A stretch of DNA of 64,000 nucleotides from the human T2T-CHM13v2.0 reference genome, Homo sapiens (GCF_009914755.1 NC_060926.1), one strand, 5' to 3'; shown: positions 13,304-31,079, counted from the stretch's first letter. A program made the numbers and translations. The notes: generated from the sequence alone by a model not told the origin.

Positions 13304-14893
13304 GAACTCAAGATTTATTTGTGGCATCTGTGTCTCACACATTTTTTTTTTTATTCTAAGGGACTGGGCAGGACTTTTTAAAGTCCGAGGCCTTTTTGGG
13401 GGTGTTCCTTCCTGGCTCTGCTCATCACCTAGGTATTTGGAAAGGGTGTCACCTTCTTTTCACTGACTTAGTGCCATGTACCGTGCCTCCTCCATCTCTA
13501 CATGCAGGCAGTGGGTTTCCTTCAACAGCAGAAGTCCTTGGTGGTCCACAGAGGGCTGGGACAGTATCACTGCTTGCTGTACAGTGGTATTGGGGACTAG
13601 AACTTCTACCATACATGCTTTGCCATCAACACAAATTAAGGTTTTCACATCACATAGTCCTGGGAAGTCCTGTGTGCTTCTGCTTCTACTGTATGCCTGG
13701 CCCCTGCTAGGTCCCACAGCATCTCATCTAGGTGTGGGATGACCCTATACTGAAGGCACATCATTGGGTATTGTCTCCACAGTCAGCCCTTGTTGTGTTC
13801 TATGGTGTAGTCTTAACCAGATATGTATAATGTAGTTGCTTCTTTCTCCTGGGACCGTGCTTTTTGACAGTTTACCCACCAGGAGGCTGAAACTTTTGCA
13901 AACCAGAACCTAGGTCTTCAATTTCAGTTTTGATGCTCTGATTTGTTCCCCGAGGACAGCTGATAACCTGGCTGCTCTTCCTCCTTCCAAATTAGCTTCC
14001 CAATAAGTGAGAATTCAGTGGCCTCTTGAATTCAGCAGTCTGTGTTTCCCCAGTAATGGTTCCCAATATTGCTCCTGCAGCAATTTGCTATAACTGGGTC
14101 TAATTCTCCAAATTGCGACCACAGCCTTGTGCCAATATAATAGACTTTCCTTCTCTTTTCCATTGGTATGATCAGAAGGTTAACATGTAAGTCCCAACAC
14201 CTCTCACATTATAGAAAGCTGAGTTCACACAGCAAGTCTTCAGCCCTAGTAACAGGTACATTGGTGGTTGTGATCATTTCTTAATGCCTACCCTGTTGTT
14301 TTTTTTCCCCCAACTTTTTGTTAATCTGCATGACTACTCCACTGTCAAGGTTTGTCACATGTAACCTTTCCTTCCTTTTCAGGAGAGTGCTGTAGAGGGT
14401 GCAGTTTGAATAAGTTCAGGGTTCCACTTGGGCAAGTATCAGCATCTGGGATGTGGGAGCTCTCATTATGCCTCCTTTGTATTTCAAACTCTGGCTAGCG
14501 AGAAACAATAGCACCTTGCCCTAAGGTGTGAAATTAAATTCAAGTAAATCCATAGCAGTAGGAAACACGCTTACTATTTGTAATCAGCAGGCACCGTTCG
14601 AGAAAAGGCAATATCAAGGGGAGATGGAGGCTTATGTGCACTCCCAGTGTGCTATACATCTCAAAAGAGGGCTGCCCAATGAATGTACAAACCTTAGATA
14701 TTGACCAGGATTAGGAAACCATGATTCTTGCTCACAAAGCACTGTGCAAGTGTCCCCCTTTCCCTCTGCAGCCTCAGGCAATCTTCTCTACATTCCTTAA
14801 ACTCTGCAATTCATCCTAATTCTTTTCAACTAGCCAGTTGAAAAGCTACCCAGGTGAGAATGACTGGATTAGGTGTAAGAATATAGAGTTGAA

Positions 14894-17697
<2,804 letters not shown>

Positions 17698-17759
17698 AAG
17701 AATACAGAGTTGAATAAAATATCACTGTGTCCTTGAGATATTCACACTCTGGTGGCTCC

Positions 17760-17940
17760 CCCTCTTCCTAGCTATGTGACCTTAGGGAAATTACTTAATC
17801 TCTCTGTCAGCACAGAGAAGTATAGCAATAATACCTACCTCATAGGAGTATCATGAAGGCTAAATGGCTTAATAACTATAAAGTACATAAAAGTGTGTCT
17901 GGGACACAGAAAGCATTTAGTAGATGTTATCTATTATATT
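17760..17940 (+). mobile_element. MIR
   Basis: 'agctatgtgaccttagggaaattacttaatctctctg', 'atacctacctcatagg'. Confidence 0.75.
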
Positions 17941-20900
17941 TACTCAGGCAGACACTAGAGTAATTAAATATGGTTGCTGTCTTACCCATCCTTCTCACTC
18001 CCCTCACACCTCATCCTAGCTCTGCCAAAGTTCTCTGACTCTTCATGTGATGGTGATCAAAGTGACTGACCCTTTTGGGTAGAAGGCTGCACACTGGCTG
18101 GAGTAGACCTGAAATTATGGAGGAGGTTATATGAAATCTGAGGCTACTGATTCCTTTTCTGCGCTCTTTGTTCAGAGTAGGGCTAGTACAGTGTAATAGG
18201 GGTTCAAAATGACAGCATTCAGTAGGTGATGCACGTAATGCACTTCCCTGTGGTTTTTCCAAATCAAAACCCTAAGTTGGTTATCAATATACTGTTCCTG
18301 AGAAACTATGTATTTGGAATAGTCTTTTGGAATTTCTGCCCTAGCATCTTCGCAAGTGTTCTTTATTCTCAGTATTCTCTAATGCCTAGGGATTAACTTA
18401 TAATTAAATTGCCTTTGGACAAGGTTTTTTTCATAAATCACCAATCATACTCTCTTGGACAGGATCCAAGTGAGACCTGTTTCTCATTGAGGTCAGCTCT
18501 ACTGTTTTAGAAGGGATCAATTATATTACTGTTATTTCAAAACCAAACCAAACCAACCCCCCAAAACCTTTTGCCTCTAAGTACGTGTAACTCTGGCACT
18601 GAAAATGTAGACATCAGCCTGAAATGTTTGGATTATGGTTTCTGATTATACAGTCAGACTCCAAATTGTTGCCAGTACATGGAGGGACAGCTCCAGGCAC
18701 CGTCTCCTGTCCTGCAGGAACACATCTAGAAGCACACCTAGCCCAAAGGGTTCCAGAATGGGCACATTTTCCATTTCTGCTGAGAGGCAGTGGTTCATAA
18801 ATATGGTGAGAAGCACAGAATGAAAAGGTTAAACCAGTACATTTTGGCTGGATGAGGTTTAATTAGGAGATGATTTGCGAGGACCATTATGTGTGTGCTA
18901 AATTTACTGACCTTTTCCCCTCCTGTATAGAATGAAGCTCTGTGCTCTGTGCTCATTATCTTTAAATGTTTTCTTTTCTCTGTATCATCACCTCATTCAT
19001 TTTATTTGGTCATTTTAAAATGCACTAATTTGGAGCAGTAGGCTTCATTGATTCTTGGGAATAGAACATTCAGTAGGCACAGCTCTGTAGGCCTTGGGAA
19101 AACATTTTATGGTCATATGGGGCTCTTTGGCATGAAGATGGGCCCCTGGTCATGTTGGCAAGGATACTGACAAATACCCTCCCACTTCTCTGTAGGTAGC
19201 AGGCATGTCTAAAGGCCCTACAAACAAGTTTTAAAACCAAGTTTAAGTAGTGACTTGCCAATTCTTGTCTATTTAGGGACAATGATCTATTTTGCTGATT
19301 AAGAAGAGTGCTTTTCCTTCTATTCTGTTTGTCAGCCTTTGGACCAATTGCTGCTCTGTGGCAACAGTCCCAAGGGCAGGCAGGAAGGAAGATTTTAAGG
19401 CGACGCTGGGCATTCTAGAAGCACCTAACTCTGCTTTGTCTGAGCATCTGACCGCAGGGTTCTCCAAAATGCAGAAGGCCTTCTTGCCTTAGAGCCCCTT
19501 AGGTCCACCCAGATGGCAAAAAAAAAAAAAAAAAAAAAAGCAGAGGAAGAGGTTGGGTATGAGAATGGGGAGCCTAAGCTGGAAGGAGAGATTGGCTGGG
19601 CAATTCTGCTGCTTCTAGACTGAGTTTGTCTAGAGAATAAATGAGTATGGAAGCAGAGGCTCCTCTTCAGCTTCTATATGGTCTTGTGTCCCAAGCTGCA
19701 GAGAATTGAAGACAATGAGAGGATCTAGATAAGGGTAATAGAAGGCCCAAGGCATAGATGGACCATCTCCTTCTGAGGTCTCATGTTTATCCCCAGCTGT
19801 TTTTCTTACAATCTTGCTGCTTCTCAGTCTTTATAATGTAATGATTTGAAAAATAAAGTTTGAACTAAAAGAGGAAACAGTTCTTTTCACTGTTGGACAA
19901 CTTTCCTCCATTTGTTTCTGGCTAGAAATTCTGCTAAAAAAATGTGAGGGGGTGAGAGAAGATAGAAATAAAATCTTAAATGAGAATTTGTGGTTTTGTT
20001 TGTGTTTAATTTATCTCTGTCCCCCTATCTTGTCTACCTTAAGCAAGCAAAGCTTGATTTAAAAGGAAATAATTTTAAGAATTTTAAAAATGTATAAAAA
20101 AATTCATCATGTTCTAAAACACAGTCCCTTGGTGTGTTATAAGTATGAACCTAGGTATCAAGGAAGCAACTTACATGCAACTTCTCAAGGGTATGTCTAA
20201 TTGTGGGAAATGAGCTACCTCAGTAAGGGTTGGCCACTCTTAATGCTTGCTCAAGCCTTTAGCACAAGTAGATGTTTGATAAGTACTGAGTCCATAATCA
20301 GGATGTTTTCATTCATTGGATTGCTTTGAGTTGTTGAATTTTAAATTGCCACTTTCTAGCAAGGCAAAGTTGAAGGTGAGTGCAAGTCCCACGACCAGCA
20401 GGAGCTAGATGAGCTTTCATGGGACTAAGAAAGATGGAGTTTCCAGGCTTTTGACATTTCATTCTCTTGTTATATAGCAGCTATAAAAAAGTCACTAGCA
20501 TTCTCCTGTCTTCCTCACTGATACATACCAGCAATGGGAGAAATGGGGGTCCCAGTCTCAAGGCTAATTTGGTAGCTTAACTGGTGAAAGAAGCTATGAG
20601 ATACCCAGGGCAGCAGGACTCACGTCAGCAGGTTCACCCAAGCAGAAGTTCCCTGTGGAGGTGATTGAAGTGGGGAACTGTCTCATGTGAAGGTCCCTTT
20701 CCTGAAAAAACTCAGTGTGAATGATTACTGAAGGCCATTCCTAAAGTTATTTCTCTAATGTGCATTTGCTGAAAGTGGAAGAAAAAGACAGATGCTAATG
20801 TTTGAATATTATGAAGCTCGATGTTGTACACATCAGGACATTTCACATTTAACTTAATGAGTTACCCAGGTGTTCACTGAGCAGTTGCTTTCTTAAACTT

Positions 20901-21729
20901 GGAGACTGATTTTTTTTCCTTATGCAGTGGTCTGCTCTGTAAGTGGCTTTTTAAAAATATGTGGGATATTACGGCACTGAAAATATTACTGATGCAGATT
21001 TTATTCCCAGACCATTGAGTCTATTTAGATATGTCACACTCATAAAAGCTTATGTTTATTGAAGAAGGTTACTAAATTTACCGTAAGGTTTCATAAAGAC
21101 CGTTTTAGGTGAAAAATGCAGGTAGAATGGTTTGAGTGGATGCTTTATAAAGCTTTTACGAGCCCCCAAAAATTATAAATGCAAATGTCTTACATAGAAA
21201 GTAAAAGCAATTTGTTTTTCTCATTAGGTACCAGACAGTTGGCTAACATGAAGATGACAGGTTTGGAGATCAATGAAATCAGAGCTTGCTTTCTTTAACT
21301 GAGGGCTCCTACCTGTTCACATTCTCTATCAAAATGAACATTCATTCCAAGGTTAGGTACAGACATATAAATGTCTGCCTGGTTTGGGAATGGTTCCATT
21401 TGAACCCCTGAAATATTATGGAGAAGATTGCAATACATTTAGTTTAAAACATACACACATACACGCAATGTTACAGAATACAGTCCATAATTAAAGATAT
21501 TCATCACTATGTTCATTCGAACTAATACAATAAGAATATCTCACACTGCTTCTCTTCATTACTATGCAAGACCAGAGCTTATATTTCTTGATTTGGAATG
21601 AAGCCAGAGAGTCATTTCAATATTTGAGCTCTACGCATTATTATTAATCATGATGATCATGCACTTTTCAATATTCATGATGCTTTGCAAAATTTTTATT
21701 AGCTGTTTCTCCTAACAGTTGAAATCAGG

Positions 21730-21850
21730 TCAAAGAAAATTACTTACTACTCTCTTGCAGGTGGAGAAACAGAGGCACAGAGATATGCAATGGCTTCTGT
21801 CCCACACTATGAATTGTTGGCATAGCTGGGATGAAAGTCTACAGTCTCAT
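21730..21850 (-). mobile_element. MIR fragment
   Basis: 'gcaggtggagaaacagaggcacagaga'. Confidence 0.55.
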
Positions 21851-22672
21851 ATTTTTACTCTCTGACCCTGCGGCTCTTCTTACAGATTTTCAGTTTTGAG
21901 AATAAATTTTTATATTAGAAATTTCAGATATATTTGGGAAACTAAAAAATATCATTGAGTAATACAGCATTGGGTATATAATAGGTTTTCAATAAATATT
22001 GGCAAAAGAAAAATATTAGTTGGAGATTTAAAGCATAAGAATGTTAAAATAATGCTTTGTTTGTGTAAAAGTAACACATTTTGAGTTAATTTGTGGGAAT
22101 TGGAATAGGACACCAGTTAGTGTGTAAGACAGATATATTGTGTGTTTTGGGGTAAGTGATAACTCACTGCAGGACAATAATGAGAGTATGTGCCTCCAAG
22201 AGCTTTTCAGAAAACGTGTGATGTTCTAAATGTAAACTAGCAGACCAAGGAGATAGTGAAGATTTATTTCCCATCTGCTGTCTTAAATAGATTTCTTTCT
22301 TCAGCCTATTAATAGTGATATGTTAAAAATGTTTATAAAATAACCTCAGTTAAAATTATAAAGCAAATATACTATAATTAAAATATCTACAAGCCCCAAA
22401 GAGCCATGACCATCAGTTTTAATATTAACAAGACAGATTGTATTCCAGGAACTTATTTGTTCCCTGTCTCTGGGGGAGATTTAACAATGTAATGCCATAT
22501 AGCTTGTGACCACTGACAAGAAAATAACATTATCCCATCCCTCAGTGTCTTAAGTGTTTCACTACAATATTGCTTTTAAAATATCTGGATCTGATGTCTT
22601 GGTAAATTCTAATTTACGTGGCTTAAATATAGTTATTTCAATCTTTGCCCAAAAGTTTTATAAAACGTTCTA

Positions 22673-22965
<293 letters not shown>

Positions 22966-24179
22966 ACACACACACACACACGCACACACACAAACAGACA
23001 CACAGTCTAAATATTCTTTCTTCAAAGTTATGTCATGCAATTATATCACTGTTCAAAGAATGTGTATTCCACAGGGGAATACTGAACACTGTGGTGCACA
23101 GAACAATGTTGATCGTCGCTTCCTTCTGTACTGGTAAGGCAAACTGGACACTGCTCATGTCATCCAAGGAAGGCAGGACAGACATTTGTCTCTGGTTTTA
23201 GATGGTCTATCAGATCATTTATCATGGAGCCCACTTTTTCAAACTTTTTGGATTTTGAATAATTTAGTAAAATGAAGCAAACAAATATTCATTTTGTTTT
23301 TAAAGCTGTTATCATAGGATGTCCTGAGAGTCAGAATTCTAAGCTAACATAAACTGTGTTTATAAAATGAAAATGTTTTCTCAGTAGACTTTATTGTTTG
23401 GACATAAGTCTTACCCTTTGCTCTGTCTGAATCATCTATGGCAATCAAATAAGCAGTAGGGGAAGGACTCTGGACCATACAAAACAGCCTTTTGATGCCT
23501 GAAGGTGTTGCATATCCAGGGCATTTGAGATTGGCCTGCATTTATGGGGAAATAACTATGTAATAGCCACATGATGAATTTGAGGACTCACTCAATAAAC
23601 GCTTATTGGACACCTATTGTGGGAGAGAGACAATACTGAATCTACGAAGACTCCAGAATAGAGTCCTCATGAATGTTAAAAGTCTTCTGTATTTTCATCC
23701 ATTAAATTTGTTTACCCGAGTTTGGGATGGCTTGAACCTAAAACCGTGGAGTGAAGATCCCATTCTGATGATTTGGCAGCTTGGGAAGAGCCACATTGAA
23801 ATAGGGAAGCAGGGGTCACCCATAAAACAGGAATAACAGCACTCTGTTTATCATGTTCAGTAAAGTGTTGGGCAAAAGAATGTATCTAGGCTTGTGTGAC
23901 AGCAGAGTCTACTTGTCCCTGTCACCATATCACCTGCTTTGCCAGCAATACATTTCCAATGACTGAGCACATTATTCAGAGTGAATGGGATTAGAATGTT
24001 TTCCAGAATATTTAATGCCCTCTTATCTTGTGAATGGTTTCCTTAGGCAAATACTGATTTCAAAACACCTTTCTCAAAAATAACAGTTCTTTAAGACATG
24101 ATCAAATTGAATGGGTACTGCAGCTTTTCTTTTGCCATTGTTTAACCACTGTACCTGTATGCTCAAAAAAGAAACAAAA

Positions 24180-24180
<1 letters not shown>

Positions 24181-24214
<34 letters not shown>
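24181..24214 (+). repeat. (CA)n microsatellite
   Basis: About 17 uninterrupted CA units. Confidence 0.95.
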
Positions 24215-24217
<3 letters not shown>

Positions 24218-24339
24218 CATAAAACTAGCCCCCCAAAATATAATGACTTTAAAAATCTATTCATAGGCCATATTGATGTGAAGTAGTTTGAGTCACATAC
24301 TCTCACAAAGACTTGCAACAATTTGCAAATTTGGAATCA

Positions 24340-24530
24340 CCACTCTTCACTCATTTAATACAATTAACTATGAAGTAGGTACCATTATTAGTCCCATTTT
24401 ATGCATGAGGAAACTGATATACAGAGTTGTTTAGTAATTGTCCAAGATCACATAACTGGTAAATAACAGAGCTGCATTATGGACCCTGGCAGACTGTCTG
24501 ACTCCAGAGCTTGCATTCTTCACTACCAGA
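24340..24530 (-). mobile_element. MIR
   Basis: 'cccattttatgcatgaggaaactga', 'gtctgactccagagc'. Confidence 0.75.
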
Positions 24531-24883
24531 CCATACCCTTTTGGTAAAGTTGTTCAGTTGCTTTACTGTTGCTTATGTTTTACTAATCCAGTAGTTGACA
24601 ATGAGAAAACATCTACATGCATTCATTGTTTCTTTTGGGTTTAATCTTTATTGCTTAATAATTTCCCTTTTGAATAAGGTAAGAAATTAAACCTGTATAT
24701 ATAAGAAATTAAAACAGTGCAAAAGAATACAGTGAAAAGTAAGTCTCTCACCCACTTCTGTTATTCTCTCTTCCCCTAGTCAGAGGCAAATCCTGTCCCC
24801 AGTTGCTTGCATATCCTTCTGGAGATATTCTACAGAGTATAAACAAGCTTATATTTCAAATAACTTTTTAAAAGAATGGTTGA

Positions 24884-25188
24884 GGCTGGGCGCTGTGACT
24901 CACGCCTGTAATCCCAGCATTTTGGGATGCCGAGGCAGGCAGATTACCTGAGGTTGGGAGTTTGAGACCAGCCTGACCAACATGGAGAGACCCTGTCTCT
25001 ACTAAAAATACAAAATTAGCTGGGCATGGTGGCACATGTCTGTAATCCCAGCTACTCGGGAGGCTGAGGCAGGAGAATCTCTTGAACCCGGGAGGCGGAG
25101 GTTGTGTGAGCTAAGATTGCCGCGTTGCACTCCAGCCTGGGCAACAAGAGCGAAACTCCATCTCAAAAAAAAAAGAAAAAAAAAAAAA
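24884..25188 (+). mobile_element. AluSp-like
   Basis: 'gaggttgggagtttgagaccagcctgaccaacatggag', 'gcaacaagagcgaaactcc'; TSD ending ggttga. Confidence 0.94.
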
Positions 25189-25599
25189 GGTTGAATTTTC
25201 TAAACCATTTTGAACACAGTCTATCAAATCAGTGACACTAAATGAGTCTTGGAAAGCCAAGCTACTCAGACCCTTAAATAATTATATTCAGTTGGGTATA
25301 GTGGCTAGCACACCTTAAGCTTATGCTGCCCCCAGCTATGGGGAGCACAGCCAAGAAGGTTATAAATGTGACACGCTTAGTCTACTGAGGCCCAGGTAGA
25401 CGCTGTCTTCAGAGCTGTTGGTCATTTGCTACTTGCAGCCTAGCCAAGTAGCACCAGTAGAACCTGCTTCAAAGATAGTCTGTCAGAAGAAACACACACA
25501 TTATTCCAGTGGGAACACCAAATTCTAGTTAAGATGAGAACTTGTCTACATGTAGAAATCAGTTAAAAAATATGGGGTTTAAAAATCAACTGTGGGGGA

Positions 25600-25870
25600 A
25601 AAAGTGCACTCATTGATCTAGGAAACTCATTTTTAGAAATTTATCCGAAGAGTCAGCTACATGGATATTCATGACAACCATTTGGGAACAAACCTAAATA
25701 ATCAACAATAAAAACTTGGTTAAATGAATTACATTATATATTAATGGCTATATGTAGCCGTTAAGAAGATGACAAGGAATATCAACTGATATAGAAAGGT
25801 ATTTACTAGATATGGCTTAGTGAAAACAGCAGTATAAGAAAAGAATGTGTATACAAAATCATTATTTATT
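25600..25870 (+). mobile_element. Ancient L1M (L1ME-like) 3' fragment
   Basis: Degenerate 'tttagaaatttatcc', 'aacctaaat..tcaacaata...ggttaaatgaatta'. Confidence 0.5.
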
Positions 25871-26344
25871 ATATATGGAAAGTGTAATAAGAAAGAACCT
25901 GGATGAAAGCTAGCAGAATGACTTGCAACAAATATTAAGCCTTGTTTCTAGTTAAAATGGGCAATTTTAATGGCTTTTGGAAACTCTTAACTGCTAATTT
26001 AAAATCTAGAAAATTTAACAGTGAATGCTTTTTGTCTGTATGGAAATAAAACAAAAAACTTTTTTAAACTTAAGAATAATTAATTACAACCAGTTGGAGA
26101 TTATTCACTAGTTATTGAAATACTTTTTTCTTGGGTATACTCTAATATTTTTTCAAACATCTGCTAGCTTTTCTCTTACCTTTGGAATTGAACTCATTCA
26201 TGATTCACTGATTAAAAGAACATGTGACCCCTTCACAATGGCTTTCAATGATTATTGGGCAGACAGTTAATGTTTTTAATTTAGATATGTTGCCTGAGCT
26301 CTGTTGAACAGCCCTAGACTCTTTGAGTTTCATCTTGATGATAA

Positions 26345-26560
26345 TATTAGCTAATGTTGGCTGGACAATCACCTGTACCAGGCACTAGACAAAGTGCCTT
26401 ACAAGGAAGATCTCACTGAATCTCTAATGGGAATGGACTATTAACTACCTCTTCTTTACAGATGTGGAAACTGAGGCTTCAAGAGGTTAAGTAACATGCC
26501 CAAGGTTATAGAGTTGGTGAAGTGGAGAAGCCAGAATCCCAGAGTGTGGACTCTTCATCA
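26345..26560 (-). mobile_element. MIR
   Basis: 'tttacagatgtggaaactgaggcttcaagaggttaagtaacatgcccaagg'. Confidence 0.8.
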
Positions 26561-26577
26561 GTATAAGAAGCTATGCT

Positions 26578-26870
26578 GGCCAGGCGCGGTGGGTCACGTT
26601 TGTAATCCCAGCACTTTGGGAGACCAAGGCGGGTGGATTACCTGAGGTCAGGAGTTGAAGACCAGCCTGGTCAACATGGTGAAACCCCATTTCTACTAAA
26701 ACTACAAAAAATTAGCTGGGTGTGGTGGCAGATGCCTGTAATCCCCACTGCTTGGGAGGCTGAGGCAGGAGAATCACTTGAACCCAGGAGGCAGAGGTTG
26801 CAGTAAGCCTAGATTGCGCCACTGCACTCCAGCCTGGACAACAAGGTGAGACTCCATCTCAAAAAAAAAA
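26578..26870 (+). mobile_element. AluSx-like
   Basis: Full Alu; TSD aagctatgct on both sides. Confidence 0.95.
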
Positions 26871-27463
26871 GCTATGCTGCCATCTGTAAGACTGTTCCAC
26901 CTCATATTTGATGACCAGACATTTTTAAAGTATCTTATAAATCCCGTTTTGTAGACAATGAAATTGAGCTGGGAAATGGGTGATGTGTACGTGCTTGGAA
27001 AGATAATCCATGGAGAGACAGTACAATCCAGCATCCCATGGGTCTCATCTCTGCACTTAGCACTAATTCGCTTTTCAGGAGAACATAAACCACCTTAGTG
27101 TCCTGCATGGCACTGTGATGAAATAACGGGAATGTGATTTTTGAGCCGCTCAATAATGGAGGAGATGGAAATCTTCCCACCTCATCTTGCTTATTGCTGA
27201 TTGTACACACAACACTTGCCCATCAAGATCATTTTTGAAAGATGATTACTTCAGTGTGCCCAGGCCTGCAGGACATAAGTACGTGGGCAGTGATGGTAAG
27301 AGCTATAATTATTCTTAATGGGAAAATATGCAGGTAATGACTTGGATGATCATGTGTCTGTAATGTATAAGTTCCAAAGCCCAATGAAGTAATTAAGCAA
27401 TCTGCAAACATGCAGGGGGAAAAAGCCTGAAGTGAAAAAGAACCAGAAAAGAAGAGCTCTTTC

Positions 27464-27510
<47 letters not shown>

Positions 27511-27546
27511 ATCTATCTATCTATCATCTATCTATTTATCCATCTA
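27464..27546 (+). repeat. (TATC)n / GATA tetranucleotide STR with TCA interruptions
   Basis: Direct observation; gives the SIYL repeat in ORF 27432..27683. Confidence 0.95.
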
Positions 27547-27774
27547 CCGACCTACCTGTCAGTCTTGCTTGCCTGCTTGTACAGGCAAATATTTCTAAAT
27601 CTCAGAGTACTGAGTATTCATTGGAGGCCAGTTATTCCAAGTTATCATTTCAAAGGGTAGTATTTATTCTTTATGAAATGTGAATTTGCATGTAGTTATA
27701 TCTTTATTGAATGCATTCACATATATAAAACTCCATCTATTGCTCAAGAGCAACAGCAGGAAGCAGTGGAAATA

Positions 27775-27950
27775 GCCCTGGCACAGATTGGAGTTTCCCA
27801 GTGTGAATTCAACTCCTTGGTTGACCTTAGGTTAATCTCCAATTTCTTCTTTAGGGTGATTGATGCCTGCCTCATAGACAGGGTTGTTGGAGGATTCAGA
27901 ATAACAGAAAGTGCTTTATCATGATAGAGCAGTGACGTGCACACTTATTA
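27775..27950 (+). mobile_element. MIR (degenerate)
   Basis: 'gaccttaggttaatctc', 'tgcctgcctcatag..gggttgttggaggatt'. Confidence 0.55.
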
Positions 27951-28698
27951 AGTATAGCCACTATTACAAGTCTGCTAAAAGGCAGGTTTCTTATTCCTGT
28001 TTCATATATAAAAAATCCAAGGCATACAACCTGTCCAAAGCCATACAACTGGTTGGAGGTAGAGATTTCATATTTTCTGGTTGCCATTGAGTACAGGCCG
28101 TTGGTTCTAAAAACAAAAACGAAAAAGACAAAGAAAAGAAAGATGATTTGGTGGTTGATCTTGGCAATATAATGATAAGCCTGAAGTTATTTTGAGCATC
28201 AATAATAGAAGATTTATCAAAAAAAGAAATAGGCTCTTTCAAATGGATGGATGTAGAGAAACTATAACATATAAACCAATCAAATCCAGTGGGTACTTTT
28301 GGGGAATGCTAACCAATATATTAGTTTTCTGAAGGATTTATGGAGTAAAAGGTAGGGAGGAAATGGCTAGATTAGGGCTGTCTGGGGAGCAATTAGCAGC
28401 ACTTACCGACTATTAAAGCACTTTGTCCTCAGAAAACAACAGAGAAATTCAGAGAAAGGTTTCTTTTTCCATTTGAATTTGGGTCTCTGAGGCTGAAAGA
28501 AAAAAATGTTTTGCTGCAAAGTTTGTAAGACATTGTCATATGATTAATTTATGCCGCAGCTTTTAAGTTTCTATATAGTAGTACCTTGGGCTACGCTGTT
28601 GTCACTGTCACTAACAAAGCAGGTTCAGGTCAAATTGAGATTGTTAAGGGGAGACCTGGAAAGGCCAACAAAAAATGTTGAAGGATGTTATTGGTGGC

Positions 28699-28712
28699 CC
28701 AGTAGGTGGCAG
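28699..28712 (+). promoter_or_regulatory. CTCF core motif
   Basis: CCAGTAGGTGGCAG matches consensus CCASYAGRKGGCRS at every position. Confidence 0.55.
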
Positions 28713-29464
28713 CCTCCCCTCTGAGTTAATGCCTTGCTGTTCCCTAGCAAGATGCTTGGGGGTGGAGGGGCTAGGCGGAAGAACTCTGGCTTTATTTATT
28801 TAAAAAAACAAACACACACAAAAAAACCTTCCCTTTTCTGAGGTACACTGGGGAAAATGGCAAGTAAGGAAGATATGGCATTAAAATTTTTACCCCATCT
28901 CTTTTCCATATTGGATAATTATTTATTGGCTTCTACATACATTTAGATCAAGTGCTTCTTATCTAAGGGCATGTTGTTTTGTGTTACACCATGCCGAGCT
29001 GATGCTGCATCTCCCTCCACTGTTGGATATTTTTATTATTTTGTCATCATTTTGTAAAAGGTACTGGCTTTCTTGGATAAAAAGACAAAGAGATGCACTA
29101 CATGCACAGGCACAAACTCCTTTTTTTTTTTTTTTGGGAAAAATCATTTTATGAATGCATATTTCCATCTGGGTGAAAAAAAAATGCAAACCCCTCTCTC
29201 TTCCTACGAGCACCTGTGAACACTGACCTGTAGTTTGTGGCTGCAGCCATTCCTCATGGAGCCTGATGTTCTTACATTTCGTTCTGAGGCTCACATTCTC
29301 AGTCACCCTGTGGGAGAACACCTGCCCCATCCTGGGCCGTTACAGAGTGGGCCAATCCATCTGCTGCATCTGAGGAGCTGGTTCCAGCTTCTATGGTGAA
29401 TCCATATATTTCTGTATTTCCTGGATAAGGAAGAGGAAAGGAGCTGAGCTGGTTGGGGAAGAAG

Positions 29465-29670
29465 AGCTAATATTAACTGACTCCTTATTTTGTACCGGGC
29501 ACTGCATTAGTTACATATTTTATGTCATGTAATTCTTACTAAACAGTAAGGGGGTTGGGAGTGATAGGGACAATATTGATATTATCTCCATTTTAGGGTG
29601 AGAAAATGAGGCTCAGAAAGGTTAAATAACTTGCTCAATGTCACTCGGTTGGTAAGAGCCAGGATATGAA
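29465..29670 (-). mobile_element. MIR
   Basis: 'tccattttagggtgagaaaatgaggctcagaaaggttaaataacttgctcaa'. Confidence 0.75.
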
Positions 29671-30279
29671 ACAGAAGCTTTACATTAGGGGGGTTCAAAT
29701 TTATTTTCAGTTTCACTGCTCCATTCTAAATATGTATTGGCATTTACCCTTGAGCTATGTAGGACAAGTGTTTTGTCACCAAAACACCTATTGTGAACTC
29801 TTTCTGCCCTAGTATGATTCATGCATTTCATCTTCTTCAAACTAAAAACCTTTAAGAGCCAGGAATCTGCCATCCTGATTCTCAACTTAAACCTCAGCCA
29901 CTTTTACCCTAGAATTCAGACTTGTGTAGACATCTCTAGAAGACTTGATGGACTAATCTTTAAGAGTTCATTTGCATGAGGGAGGAAGAGGAGCCCAAAT
30001 TTGGACCAGAGACATGCCTAGAAGTCAGAGCAGGAGGGTCAGCAGGAAGTCTGTTTCTTAGAGTTCCTCCAGCCCAGTCTGAGTGGTAGAAATCAGGGAC
30101 TGAAAATAATCTGAAAGTTGTTTGAAATCTTGGTAAGACATGGGGAACATAATATATTGGGGGCTTGTGTTATAAATGAGGCTAGAACAGTATGGAGGAG
30201 AAATGTTTCCTAATTTCACTGCTGTTCAAATATAGCTGGTCAGTGATACCAGTTTTGACTTTGACTCTGCGTGTTGTTA

Positions 30280-30693
<414 letters not shown>

Positions 30694-31079
30694 TCAGGAA
30701 AACCCCAATTATCCAAAGATAGCCAGATGTTTTGTGTCGGGTTTGGCATTTTAAGGCAGAGGGCCCTGTCTGGTATAGTCTCAACTGATAGCATGAGGGC
30801 AGCCCTTACTTGAGCCACTCAAAAGGCAACTCTGGTTCTCACCCACTTAATGGGTCCCTTGAGGTGAGATTCATGAAGTGGTAATGAGCAGACAAGAAAT
30901 CTTGCTTAATTAGGTCTTTGGTTGATATTAACATGATATTAACATGATCTGTATTCCCTCTTATTCCCCCTCCCTGGCATCTAACTCATTTCCGAAGAGC
31001 AGAGTAATTAGTAGAAGAAAAGGGGACAGACTGCACCCAGGCTTGGTGATAAGAATATGAGTAATGCTTTTCCAAAAAT

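Noticed and set aside
19518-19539. Isolated A22 tract as the tail of a retrocopy
   Set aside because: No TSD or upstream retroposed body recognised
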